A stretch of DNA of 64,000 bases from Candidatus Bathyarchaeia archaeon (GCA_038882955.1 JAVZNC010000003.1:64001-128000), one strand, 5' to 3'. Positions 10,064 to 19,845 are shown, counted from the first letter of the stretch. Translations and numbers: made by a program. The notes: generated by a model not told the origin, from the letters alone.

Positions 10064-11846
10064 GCCGCCGTCATTCGAAGAGCTTGCCAAGACATATGGT
10101 TCAGCGAAGAAAGCGATACAACACTTAATCGAAATCGGGTTTTCTCCCGAACAAATAGAGTGGAAAATGGGGATACCCTACCATCGCGTTCGCTTATACA
10201 TGGAAGACGTAGAACCAAAAGCCGACATACCATTCACAAAGATAGTGGAAGTTTACGAACGCCTCGCAGTTTTAAGAGGAAAGAAAGGCAAAGAAACAGA
10301 GTTAACAACTTTCTTCAAAAATCCACAATTAACACTTGAAACTAAAGCGCGTTTCGCCCTTGGAACACTAACAGAAGAACACCTAAAAATCGGTCCAGGA
10401 CTAATCGAGAGGAGCATAAGCCTTGCAACAGGTGCACCAATAAGCGAAGTTAAAAGGCTATTAATAGACTATGGGGAACATGGCGAAGTTGCCTATCTTC
10501 TCAAAAAGCCAAGCGAACCAAAACTTTCGGTCAGCGAAGTCAGCGAGGCAATTAGGCTTCTGCCGAAACTCAAAAGGATTAGGGAACGCGAACTCCACAT
10601 TTCAAGTCTACTGAAACTGTGCACCCCAACAGAAGCAAAATACCTTGTTAGGCTTCTCCTCGGCGATTTAAAACTTGGATACCACGCGAGAACAGTAATC
10701 AGAGCGGCATCAAAAACCTACGGAGTGCCAACAGAAATCATGGAAAAAGCAGCGGCGATACTTGGACTAACAGAAAGCATATCGTTAGCTTCTGAGGGCA
10801 CACTAAAACTTTCAGAAGTGAAAATGCGTCCGGGGCAGTTCATTAAGCCTCAACTTGCCCATATCTACGAACCAGACAAGGTGGTTTACCCAGCAAGAGC
10901 AGAATACAAGCTTGACGGAAGTAGGCTTCAAATACATAGATGGGGAACACAAACGTGGCTCTTTTCAAGAAGAGGCGTGGAGAAGTCTAAAACTCTTCCA
11001 GAAATCGTTGAAATTGCAGAAAAGTTTGGTACACAGAACTGCATCGTTGACAGCGAGGTCATAGCGGTAGACAGTGCAGGAAAACCGCTGCCATTTCAGA
11101 CGTTGCTTGAAAGGACAGTACCGCGAGAGCTTACGCCAGAAGAAATTGCAGAAAGAAGGGAGAAGGTAAAGGTCACAATAAAGGCTTTTGACATACTATT
11201 TCTTAACGGACAAGAACTTGTTGGCTTGCCACTTTCTGAAAGAAGAAAGTATCTTTTAGAGGTTGTTCCAGCCGAATACATCGTTGAGGGCGTGGACTGC
11301 CAAAACGAAGTTGAACTAATGCGTTTTTACGAAGAAGCCTTAAAGAAAAAGTATGAAGGAATAGTTGTTAAAAATTTAAACTCGCCCTATGAGGTTGGAC
11401 AGCGTACCTATACGTGGCTTAAACTGAAGCCAGAACGCGATACGCTTGATTGTACAATAGTTAAAGCTCTTTATGGAAAGGGCAAACGTGCTGGCTTATA
11501 CTCGTCATTTCTTTTGGCTGTGCGGGACCCTTTTGAGAAGAGGCTTTACACCGTTGGGAAAGTTTCAAATTTGCCAGAAGAGGCGATGGACGAGTTAAGC
11601 GCCATTGTTGAAAACACGAGAACAAGTGAGAATGATGAAGGCGTCTTCGTAAAGCCATCAGTGGTTGTAGAGGTCACTTATCAAGAAATTCAGGAAACAG
11701 ATGAATACACAAGTGGTTATGCCTTAAGAGTACCGAAAATAGTTAGGTTTAGAATGGATAAAAGCATAAGCGAAATAGATAACATTGAAAAATTAAAGAA
11801 GCTTTATGAGTTGCAGTACGAGCGCTATCCAGTTCAGTCGATTTAA
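10050..11846 (+). CDS. lig: ATP-dependent DNA ligase with extra N-terminal HTH-like extension
   Basis: Motif I EYKLDG, III IVDSEV, IIIa AFDILF, IV EGIVVK, V WLKLK, VI RFRMDK; DNA-binding domain starts near residue 60. Confidence 0.92.
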   Translation: MSIVKPPSFEELAKTYGSAKKAIQHLIEIGFSPEQIEWKMGIPYHRVRLYMEDVEPKADIPFTKIVEVYERLAVLRGKKGKETELTTFFKNPQLTLETKARFALGTLTEEHLKIGPGLIERSISLATGAPISEVKRLLIDYGEHGEVAYLLKKPSEPKLSVSEVSEAIRLLPKLKRIRERELHISSLLKLCTPTEAKYLVRLLLGDLKLGYHARTVIRAASKTYGVPTEIMEKAAAILGLTESISLASEGTLKLSEVKMRPGQFIKPQLAHIYEPDKVVYPARAEYKLDGSRLQIHRWGTQTWLFSRRGVEKSKTLPEIVEIAEKFGTQNCIVDSEVIAVDSAGKPLPFQTLLERTVPRELTPEEIAERREKVKVTIKAFDILFLNGQELVGLPLSERRKYLLEVVPAEYIVEGVDCQNEVELMRFYEEALKKKYEGIVVKNLNSPYEVGQRTYTWLKLKPERDTLDCTIVKALYGKGKRAGLYSSFLLAVRDPFEKRLYTVGKVSNLPEEAMDELSAIVENTRTSENDEGVFVKPSVVVEVTYQEIQETDEYTSGYALRVPKIVRFRMDKSISEIDNIEKLKKLYELQYERYPVQSI

Positions 11847-12124
11847 TGGACCATACTTCTCTCCACTTTGCCTTAAGTGCGACAACAATTATGGAAATCA
11901 CAGTAGTTATAAAAAGCAGAGTCCAAAGGAGTATTATTATTTCTGGCGGCAACTCTAAAAGGCCAGAATAAGCTCGAATTAAGCCAGCAGTGTTTGACGT
12001 TGGAAAGTATAAGCGAGGCAAACAACCAGTCGATGTTAACTGAAAGGCTTACTCCACTTAAGGCTTCAATGGGCTTCTTTCCACCGTAAATTTTCACAAG
12101 TTCCACGGACTTTATTGCTTCCAT
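11847..12124 (-). pseudogene. deletion remnant of an ABC transporter operon (ATPase 5' end fused to permease-like 3' end)
   Basis: MEAIKSVELVKIYGGKKPIEALSGVSLSV is an ABC ATPase start with no Walker A after it; another frame gives permease-like FPTSNTAGLIRAYSG...IILLWTLLFITTVISIIVVALKAKWRE. Confidence 0.65.
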
Positions 12125-12162
12125 TTTCTAAAGAATTCTGGAAAAAGTGGTCGCCGTGCTGA

Positions 12163-12708
12163 TCACACCCTAAATTTTAGAACGCCATAGTTTGTTTGAG
12201 GTGCAAGAGGCAGGTTTGCTGTCGTCTTGTACTGTTGACTGCGAACTCCAAGGCCTATTTCCACAAATTCCTTCAACGTTTGATTCGTGAATTCCCATGT
12301 TGGAGGCCCATATCTAATTCCATTGCATGTAGAATCAGCGTATATGAAGAGCTTGTTTCCCATGTAATGGTAAACCGCCTCGTTTGCATAGCCAAACTTT
12401 GGCCTGCTTAAGATTTTAAATGGCCAGAGTTTACATGCTTGTGGTTTCATGTGTTGCAGTCCGCATAAACGCATGTTCGGCAACTCGCATAGGAAAATGC
12501 ACGAGCCGTCACTTCTCCTTTTTATGAAAAGTTTGTTTAACCCCGAAACCGTGCATCCAGCACCATAATTTTTGACAATTTTAAGCCATTCTTGGAAGTT
12601 TAGGACGACACTGTAAGCTTTGCAGCACAAGCCGCATGCATTGCATTTCCAGTCGCTGATGTACTGCCATGGAATAAACAGCATTTCCATCCTAAAATTT
12701 TGGGACAA
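12163..12708 (-). CDS. YkgJ-family (CxxCxxCC) cysteine-cluster protein
   Basis: CNACGLCC, CIFL, CGLQHMKPQACKLWPF. Confidence 0.85.
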   Translation of the reverse strand: MSQNFRMEMLFIPWQYISDWKCNACGLCCKAYSVVLNFQEWLKIVKNYGAGCTVSGLNKLFIKRRSDGSCIFLCELPNMRLCGLQHMKPQACKLWPFKILSRPKFGYANEAVYHYMGNKLFIYADSTCNGIRYGPPTWEFTNQTLKEFVEIGLGVRSQQYKTTANLPLAPQTNYGVLKFRV

Positions 12709-12756
12709 AATTTCTTAAAAACTTATTTCTGGAGGAGGCTCTCTGCTTTAAGGATG

Positions 12757-13236
12757 CTAGACTTTCTTGTACAGATAAAGCGTGTGTGTTGGATATCCCA
12801 AACTTGGATTTTCACAGAAGTTCTCAACTTTAACGGGCTTCCACCCAACAATCTCATAATCATGAGAGACAACACGCACTCCTGACCTAAGCTCAGTCTC
12901 AAGTTTAGGCCTTATCTTCTCATTGGCGCTTGTTGTCAGATAAAGGAATACGACGTCAGCAGATGTTAAGTCAACAGTGAACATGTCACCGTTTACTATG
13001 GTAACTCTGTCTTGAAGCCCTTGCTCATAAACTGTGCTTAGAGCTTTTTTGACAAGGTCTTCTCGCAATTCCACGCCAACGGCTCTTGCTCCAAAATCTT
13101 TAGCTGCCATTATAACTGCCCTTCCGTCTCCAGCACCTAAATCAAAGAACACCTCTCTTGGTTTTAACTCTGCAAGAATGAGCATTTGGCGGATTACTTG
13201 CGGCGGGCTTGGAACGTATGGTGCTATATACATCAA
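12757..13236 (-). CDS. protein-lysine methyltransferase, aKMT/FAM173-like
   Basis: PYVPSP, DLGAGDGR, GVEL, ADVVFLYL, PKLETEL..GVRVVSHD resemble Sulfolobus aKMT as recalled. Confidence 0.8.
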   Translation of the reverse strand: MMYIAPYVPSPPQVIRQMLILAELKPREVFFDLGAGDGRAVIMAAKDFGARAVGVELREDLVKKALSTVYEQGLQDRVTIVNGDMFTVDLTSADVVFLYLTTSANEKIRPKLETELRSGVRVVSHDYEIVGWKPVKVENFCENPSLGYPTHTLYLYKKV

Positions 13237-13299
13237 TCAGCCCTCAGTGTTTCTTGTTTATCCAAACACCTTTTTTCTTTTAAAGATTTTCTAGGTCTT

Positions 13300-13626
13300 T
13301 CACGTGACATATGTAGCTTTTTTAGGTGTTGGTCTTCGGGCTTCCCCACATTTCATACAACTTTGAGCACAAAGCTCCAAATACTTTGCTTCGTCTCCAG
13401 TTCCAACGGCTTCTGCTGCTTTTCGGCAGAGTTCGCTTGGTTCTGCGCATCCTTCTTCGCGGCATAAGTTTGAAATGTAAAGGCATATGTCGTTAACATC
13501 TTTTGGTTCTAGAACGGCTCTGTTTGAGCGTACTAGGAGGCAGAGTTCCCTTGCAAGAACGCATGTTTTGACATATTTTATTCTTTCAAGAACCTCTTCC
13601 CTTAGCTTTTTTCTGCTTATTTCCAC
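13300..13626 (-). CDS. Cys-rich helical hypothetical protein
   Basis: 108 aa ORF with 9 Cys and an upstream AGGAGA Shine-Dalgarno-like sequence. Confidence 0.7.
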   Translation of the reverse strand: MEISRKKLREEVLERIKYVKTCVLARELCLLVRSNRAVLEPKDVNDICLYISNLCREEGCAEPSELCRKAAEAVGTGDEAKYLELCAQSCMKCGEARRPTPKKATYVT

Positions 13627-13708
13627 AATCTATTCTCCTTGTTAGTGTGTAGCGTCTACGCACATTAACACGCTCCACCATTTAAAAGTTGTTGTAAGTT
13701 TCTGGATG

Positions 13709-16588
13709 TTACCAGAACCTTTTGCTTAAGGCTTTGCGTTCAGCCTCGAGAACAAGCTCATAAAACCTATCATTCAACTTTGTCTCTTCCTTTAGGACAT
13801 CCTTGATTTCTGAAGGGCTAACCTTTCTGGCACATAGGGCAACCACAGCCGCCTTTCCATACTTCTCTATTAACTGCGCCGTTTGCAATGCTTGCTTTTT
13901 CAGCTTCTCCTCGCTTTTTGTCAATTTTTCGCCCTTCTTCTCAACTATAGGAACCAGCCTCTCCTCTTCAACCTTCAAAAGCCCTATGGCTCCAGAACCG
14001 CATCTTGGGCATTTTGGTTTTTCTGGCAAGTCCTTTGCGCGTGCCATTTCCAAATAGCTCCAACAGTTTGTGCATACGAAATTGCATGTTTCGTTGAGAA
14101 GCCTAGCCTTAATTGACTCTATTAGGACGGCGCGCATCCTTTCTGGTGGGATCAAATCGGTTTTCATGCTGACTCTTTCAATTCCTACACGGGCAACTGG
14201 TGTTGCCTTGCCTTCAGTTTCGACTTTCAGTATTTGGATTTCGCCTTCTCGGATCTTTTTAAGCACGTAAACAAGCCTTTCTAAGTCCAAGTCCTTTGTG
14301 AAAACTTCCTTTAAGCCTTCATCGTATATCGGCGTGTCTTCAAAACTTTTTATTAGCCTTTGTAGGCTTACGTTGCTGAAGTCAGCCCATTTCTGTAAGG
14401 CTCCGAAGCGTCTTGCCACGTGAATCATTCGCCTCTTGAAAAGCCCAGTTTTTACTGTAGCCCTTGTTAGCGTCTCTCTTACAGCATGTTCTGGCATTGC
14501 ACGCATTTCATTAAAAAGTTCAATTATGTTATTCGCGTTCGCCGTGCCCATTGTCTGCACAAAGATGCGGTAGGGGTCATGTTGAACGACAACGGCATAT
14601 CCGATTTTTTCCGAGAGCAGTTGTCCCAAAAGCTGGGCTAGGGCTCTGTTCGTAAGAGAGCCGAAGTTGGCGTGAATAATCACGAACTCTTCCCAATCTT
14701 CGACTATTATTCGCTTGTCAGTTGGAACTGGAATCCCAGACGCCACATGTTCCACGGTTTCAGCTAAAGCCCGCAAAATCGTGTCCTTGTCAGCGGGGTA
14801 CCGTTCACTAAGCTTGGCGGCAACTTCTTCTGAGGAAAGCCCCTTATGCATTTGTTCTTCGACAAAGGCTCTTATTGCGCCTACTTCTTGCGCAACCTCA
14901 AACGGGACGGGGATTTCTTCGCCTATCCAGCTTGGTATTGCCCCAGTTGGGTCGTCAACCGGCTTCACGTAAACCTTCTCTTCTGAAATGTGGAGGATTC
15001 GCCATGGACTTCCTCTAATAATGAACTTTATTCCAGGCTTACCATACTCAGCCATAAACGCTTCGTCTAGAACGCCTATCGCCGAGTCGCTTGATTCGTC
15101 AACAACGAGAAACTGTTTCTCCTCGGGTATCATGGACAAGTTTTCGAAGTAATACTCGAATAGGGCTTTTGTCCTTCGAGGCTTCAGAACCACCTTATCT
15201 TCAAATGAAACCCATGCCAAGCGTGGAAAACGCTGGTGCATATACCTCAAAATCTTTTCAACATCCTCCATTGTCAAGTCCTTGTACGGGTACGCGTTTC
15301 TAAAAAGCTCCAATATCTCGTTAAACTCCAATCTGCGATTTTTGAGAAGTAAGCCAGCAATCTGGTGTGCAAGGGCATCATAAGGCTTTTGGGGAATTTC
15401 AACGGGCTCTAAATCTTCATTTAATGCACGTCTGGCTATGGCTAAAGCTTCAAGCGTGTCATCGGAGTCCATGGCGACGATGATGCCTTCGGCTATGCGT
15501 CCAATTCTGTGTCCGCTTCTTCCGACGCGCTGTATTAGCCTAGTAACTTGCCTTGGACTCATGTATTGTATTACGAGATCTATTCTGCCAACATCTATGC
15601 CCAGTTCGAGGCTGCTTGTGCAGACGAGTCCCTTTAACTCGCCGTTTTTTAGCCCTCTTTCCGCTGCTATACGCGAGGGCTTTGCGAGTGAACCGTGGTG
15701 AATGGAAACTGGAAAGTCTATGTCCCAAACCTTGAATCTGCTCGCCAAAACTTCAGATATAGTCCTCGTGTTAGTGAACAGCAACACAGATCTATGCCTA
15801 CCTATGTAGTCGCGGATTATGCGCAGTCGCGCTGCAACTTCTGGATGTGTATAAAGTTTTGAAGAAAGCTTAAAGTCCTCTGGTTCTGGCTGTGGGAAAA
15901 GTATTTTTAGGCGCATAAGCCTTGCAACTGGGACGCGCACAATTTCGACGCTTCTACCGTTTCCAACAAGAAACTGGGCAACCTTCTCTGGACTGCCTAT
16001 TGTTGCTGACAATCCTATAACTTGAAAGTCCTTACCAACCATGCTCCTAAGCCTTTCCAAGGCGAGGGCTAGTTGGCTGCCTCTCTTGCTGTCAGCCATC
16101 TCGTGAACTTCATCGATTATAACCCAGCGCACCTGCTGCAGGTGTTGCCTCATAACCCACCCTGGCAATATCGCTTGAAGTGTCTCGGGTGTTGTGATTA
16201 AAATGTCTGGTGGGCTTCTAGCCTGCCTTGTACGCTCCTTTGTTTCTGTGTCGCCGTGTCTAACAGCAAGTTTGATGTCGAGGTTGTTGCACCACCACTC
16301 AAGTCTCTCAAGCATGTCGCGGTTAAGAGCCCTTAAAGGCGTAATATACAACGCCTTTATTCCAGGAATTTTTCGCGGTTCCTGCAGCATCATGCTTAGG
16401 ACAGGCAAGAATGCGGCTTCGGTTTTTCCAGTTGCAGTTGGCGAAATGAGCAGCACATTTTTTCCTTCAAGAATTTTTGGGATGGCTTTTTCTTGGGGTT
16501 CGGTTGGCTTTGAGAATCCTCTCTGCTCGATGAGCCTTCGAACGGGCTTAACTAGAAGTTCAAAAGCATTTTTCAGCGAATCCTTCAA
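13709..16588 (-). CDS. lhr: Lhr-like SF2 helicase
   Basis: PTATGKT, DEVH, SAT, HHGSL, SLELGIDVG, QRVGRSGH; C-terminal CxxC...CxxC. Confidence 0.9.
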   Translation of the reverse strand: MKDSLKNAFELLVKPVRRLIEQRGFSKPTEPQEKAIPKILEGKNVLLISPTATGKTEAAFLPVLSMMLQEPRKIPGIKALYITPLRALNRDMLERLEWWCNNLDIKLAVRHGDTETKERTRQARSPPDILITTPETLQAILPGWVMRQHLQQVRWVIIDEVHEMADSKRGSQLALALERLRSMVGKDFQVIGLSATIGSPEKVAQFLVGNGRSVEIVRVPVARLMRLKILFPQPEPEDFKLSSKLYTHPEVAARLRIIRDYIGRHRSVLLFTNTRTISEVLASRFKVWDIDFPVSIHHGSLAKPSRIAAERGLKNGELKGLVCTSSLELGIDVGRIDLVIQYMSPRQVTRLIQRVGRSGHRIGRIAEGIIVAMDSDDTLEALAIARRALNEDLEPVEIPQKPYDALAHQIAGLLLKNRRLEFNEILELFRNAYPYKDLTMEDVEKILRYMHQRFPRLAWVSFEDKVVLKPRRTKALFEYYFENLSMIPEEKQFLVVDESSDSAIGVLDEAFMAEYGKPGIKFIIRGSPWRILHISEEKVYVKPVDDPTGAIPSWIGEEIPVPFEVAQEVGAIRAFVEEQMHKGLSSEEVAAKLSERYPADKDTILRALAETVEHVASGIPVPTDKRIIVEDWEEFVIIHANFGSLTNRALAQLLGQLLSEKIGYAVVVQHDPYRIFVQTMGTANANNIIELFNEMRAMPEHAVRETLTRATVKTGLFKRRMIHVARRFGALQKWADFSNVSLQRLIKSFEDTPIYDEGLKEVFTKDLDLERLVYVLKKIREGEIQILKVETEGKATPVARVGIERVSMKTDLIPPERMRAVLIESIKARLLNETCNFVCTNCWSYLEMARAKDLPEKPKCPRCGSGAIGLLKVEEERLVPIVEKKGEKLTKSEEKLKKQALQTAQLIEKYGKAAVVALCARKVSPSEIKDVLKEETKLNDRFYELVLEAERKALSKRFW

Positions 16589-16705
16589 TCAGCCTGTGCC
16601 TCAACGCATAAAAGAGCGTTAAGTCGATGGTAAAAGTGTTTTGGAATACCTATCGTCAAATAACTAATTTATACTGCAATCAACCAAATGTAGAAGGCGG
16701 TCGGA

Positions 16706-17221
16706 ATGCGCCAAACCAAGCAATTAAAAAAGACGCGTAAACGAGTTAGGAAAAGAAGTAAACCGCGAATCGAAATCCGCCAAATGACGCTAGAAGACCT
16801 TTCAGATGTGTGGAGCCTGGGCGAAAAAATTTTCACGCCGTCAAATCTGCAGTTTACTTATCGAACATGGAACATAGACGAGCTATTATCGCTATTCTAC
16901 AGCGACCCAGAACTCTGTTTAGTTGCGCAAGATGGAAAATCAAAGAAAATAGTTGGCTTTGCTATAGGAACTATTCTTAAACGTCCATATAGCCCATGGA
17001 CTTACGGCTATTTCATTTGGGCTGGAGTGCAGAAAATTAGGCAGAAAAGCGGTGTTGGACGAAGATTGTATAGGGAGTTAGAAAAGCGCTTTAAAGATAA
17101 GGGCGCCCGCATAGTAATAGCTGACGTGGAGAGCAACAACACTGCGGGAATACGGTTCATAAAGAAACTAGGGTTCAAAGAAGCCCAAACATACGTCTGG
17201 TATTCAAAAAGCCTAGAATAA
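16706..17221 (+). CDS. GNAT-family acetyltransferase
   Basis: RQKSGVG acetyl-CoA motif, NTAGIRFIKKLGF. Confidence 0.88.
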   Translation: MRQTKQLKKTRKRVRKRSKPRIEIRQMTLEDLSDVWSLGEKIFTPSNLQFTYRTWNIDELLSLFYSDPELCLVAQDGKSKKIVGFAIGTILKRPYSPWTYGYFIWAGVQKIRQKSGVGRRLYRELEKRFKDKGARIVIADVESNNTAGIRFIKKLGFKEAQTYVWYSKSLE

Positions 17222-17649
17222 ACGATTAAGTGTTGGACAATTTTGATACATTGCCTTCAATTCCATAATTTTTACATCATAAATTTTAGCATTTTATGCA
17301 ACATCAAAAGGACAAGGAAATGGAACATTTAGGCTTGGCGGTTATTTTTGGTATTTTTAGCCTACCGATTTCCCATAAGAGACATTTCATAAGCCCCATG
17401 AAAGCTGGTTCATGACGTTTTTAACGTGCTTTAATGTTTTTTCTCGAGGGCGCATTTGATGAAAATCGCTTTTTCTATAGCCTTTTTGAATGGTTTACCA
17501 TGCACTTTTCAGTTTTTTGTTTTGCTTTTTGCAAAGAAAATGTTTATGTTTGGCGTCCAATTCTGTCTTATCTATTCGAAAATAATGGAAAGTTTTTTAT
17601 CTATCATCATGCGAAACCATGGATATTGGAGAACATTGGAGGAAATTAA

Positions 17650-17820
17650 ATGGCTAAATGTCCAAAATGTGGAACTGTTGTAAACACTCCAAAGAAAAAG
17701 TGGACGATGGCTGGGCGACCAGACAAGTCTGGCAAGCGAATGCAACTTGAAATAGGACTTTTTGACTGCCCGAAATGTAAGAAACCATTCAGAGAAGTGC
17801 TAAGCAAAAAGAAAGTTTAA
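17650..17820 (+). CDS. Zn-ribbon Cren7-like small basic chromatin protein (56 aa, not in ORF track)
   Basis: MAKCPKCGTVVNTPKKKWTMAGRPDKSGKRMQLEIGLFDCPKCKKPFREVLSKKKV; GGAGG SD upstream; P-K-W and IGLF..P...K.FR motifs as in Cren7. Confidence 0.8.
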   Translation: MAKCPKCGTVVNTPKKKWTMAGRPDKSGKRMQLEIGLFDCPKCKKPFREVLSKKKV

Positions 17821-17954
17821 ACGGAGCGAACTCGCGCATCAAAGTCTAAAGCTAACTCGCCTTCCCCCTATTTTTCCTTATGCCCAAAAACGCTAAGTTT
17901 TAATTCAGGTAAATCTTAAACAAGAGAATCCGCAAGTAACAGAAGGCAATAGAA

Positions 17955-18596
17955 TTGGCTACGGAAAAGCTCAAGAGGTTGTGGAAAAACGATTATTTTC
18001 AAACAGCCCTTATGGTTGCGCTTGTCGTAATCATAGTTTTCGGTTTTTGGAATGGACTGTCATATGCGCTTGGCACACCATACCCAATGGTAGCCGTAAG
18101 CGGATCAAGCATGTGCATGCTACACCGATGGAATCAAGATTATAAATGTGATGGTTGGACGCATCCGTTTGAACGCACCTTACATGACGGAGACCTTGTG
18201 ATTCTTCAAGGAGTAAACCCAAACGACATCAATGTAGGCGATATCATCGTATACCGCAATGTTGCAGGCGACCTTGTAATACACAGAGTAATAAAAAAGG
18301 AGTTTGATGGAAATATTAACAAGTGGGTTTTTACTACGCGGGGTGACGGAAACCTTTCGGAAGATCCCCCAGTGTCTGAAGACGCTGTTATCGGTAGGGT
18401 TCTTTGTCGTGTTCCATGGCTTGGGCATATCGCGCTTTTTATGCGCAACTCTTTTGCCGCCTTCATAATAATCGCCATAATAATTCTACTAATTTTTGAA
18501 CTTGTCCTTCCAGCCCTGATAGGCGAGAAGGAGGAGAAAAGAGGGAAAGCTGAAAAAACGCAGGAGAAAAGCTCAGAACACGCTTCGGAAACCTAA
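17955..18596 (+). CDS. signal peptidase I (archaeal S26B/Sec11 type)
   Basis: VSGSSM, GDLVI, GDIIVY, IHRV, TRGDGN motifs. Confidence 0.9.
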   Translation: MATEKLKRLWKNDYFQTALMVALVVIIVFGFWNGLSYALGTPYPMVAVSGSSMCMLHRWNQDYKCDGWTHPFERTLHDGDLVILQGVNPNDINVGDIIVYRNVAGDLVIHRVIKKEFDGNINKWVFTTRGDGNLSEDPPVSEDAVIGRVLCRVPWLGHIALFMRNSFAAFIIIAIIILLIFELVLPALIGEKEEKRGKAEKTQEKSSEHASET

Positions 18597-18599
18597 TGC

Positions 18600-18607
18600 T
18601 TTATAAA
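18600..18607 (+). promoter_or_regulatory. TATA box candidate for tbp
   Basis: TTTATAAA about 35 nt upstream of the start. Confidence 0.5.
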
Positions 18608-18640
18608 GGGTATTTAAGCATTCACTATAAGAAGTGATGT

Positions 18641-19204
18641 TTGATGCCAAAGGTTAAGGCTGTCATAAACATTGAGAATGTTGTCGCTTCAGCAACTCTG
18701 AACCAGAAGGTTGACTTGAACGCTGTTGTTAAGGGTTATCCAGGCGTGGAATACCGTCCAGAACAGTTTCCAGGCTTGGTTTTTAGGCTTAAGCGCCCGA
18801 AAACTGCAACTTTGATTTTCAATTCTGGGAAAATGGTTTGCACTGGAGCAAAATCGGAGAAAGAAGCAAAAAGCGCTGTAATGAAGGTTATAAAGGAGCT
18901 AAAGAAGGGCGGAATAATCATAATCAGCAAGCCAGAACTCCGCATACAAAACATTGTTGCATCTGCAAGCCTCGGCGGAATGATAGACTTGGAGAAGGCA
19001 GCATACACGCTTGGAAAGACTATGTATGAACCAGAGCAGTTTCCAGGCTTAATTTACAGGATGGACGAGCCCAAAGTTGTGATTCTATTGTTCGCGAGCG
19101 GCAAACTTGTCTGCACTGGAGCGAAAAGAGAACAAGATGTTTATGATGCTGTGCATAAGCTTCATGATATACTTGAACAGCGAGAACTAATATTCTACGA
19201 GTAA
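18641..19204 (+). CDS. tbp: TATA-box binding protein
   Basis: Two repeats NVVAS..YxPEQFPGL..LIFxSGKxVCTGAK. Confidence 0.98.
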   Translation: MMPKVKAVINIENVVASATLNQKVDLNAVVKGYPGVEYRPEQFPGLVFRLKRPKTATLIFNSGKMVCTGAKSEKEAKSAVMKVIKELKKGGIIIISKPELRIQNIVASASLGGMIDLEKAAYTLGKTMYEPEQFPGLIYRMDEPKVVILLFASGKLVCTGAKREQDVYDAVHKLHDILEQRELIFYE

Positions 19205-19212
19205 AATCCCAC

Positions 19213-19836
19213 TTATCCTTTTTTGATCTGCCTCAAAATTGTTTTCAACTGCTCCTCATCAATAGCTCCAATCTCATGCATTTTTTCAGCTATCTCGCTG
19301 ATTCTTATCAATGAATGAAGCCTTATCCCCGTCTTTTCAAGCTTTTCTCTTCCACCTTCTTCCCTATCGAGGAGCACAACAGCATCCGTTACAACACCGC
19401 CCTCAGCTATCACAGCCCTAGCCGCCTTTTTCAAGGACAATCCAGTTGTAACTAAATCGTCAACGAGTAGAACGCGGTCTCCAGGCTTTAAAACACCCTC
19501 GATTCTCCTTTGCCTCCCGTGTAAGCGGGCGCCTTTTCTAACGTAGATGAACGGTTTTTTGAGGTTATAGGCGATTACAGAGGCGAATGGTATGCCTGCA
19601 ACTGGAATTCCAGCGATTCTCTCAAAACTTTTAGTGTCGATTTTGTTCTTTATGAATTCTGCGTAGAAGCTGCAGATTTTTTGGAAAGCGTCTGGAAAGC
19701 TTGGGACAACCCTCAAATCTATGTAGTAGGGGCTTATTTTCCCGCTTGTAAGTTTGAAAGCGCCGAATTCGAAAGCGCCTATCTTGTTTAGGATTCTGCA
19801 AATCTCATTCTTGACTTGTTCTGCGCCTTTTTCCAT
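19213..19836 (-). CDS. pyrE: orotate phosphoribosyltransferase
   Basis: FKLTSGKISPYYIDLR, LLVDDLVTTG PRPP motif. Confidence 0.93.
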   Translation of the reverse strand: MEKGAEQVKNEICRILNKIGAFEFGAFKLTSGKISPYYIDLRVVPSFPDAFQKICSFYAEFIKNKIDTKSFERIAGIPVAGIPFASVIAYNLKKPFIYVRKGARLHGRQRRIEGVLKPGDRVLLVDDLVTTGLSLKKAARAVIAEGGVVTDAVVLLDREEGGREKLEKTGIRLHSLIRISEIAEKMHEIGAIDEEQLKTILRQIKKG

Positions 19837-19845
19837 AGCGAATTT

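Noticed and set aside
17434-17683. ORFs of 71 and 75 aa upstream of the Cren7-like gene
   Set aside because: F/L-rich translations of T-rich DNA; one overlaps the better-supported 17650 ORF
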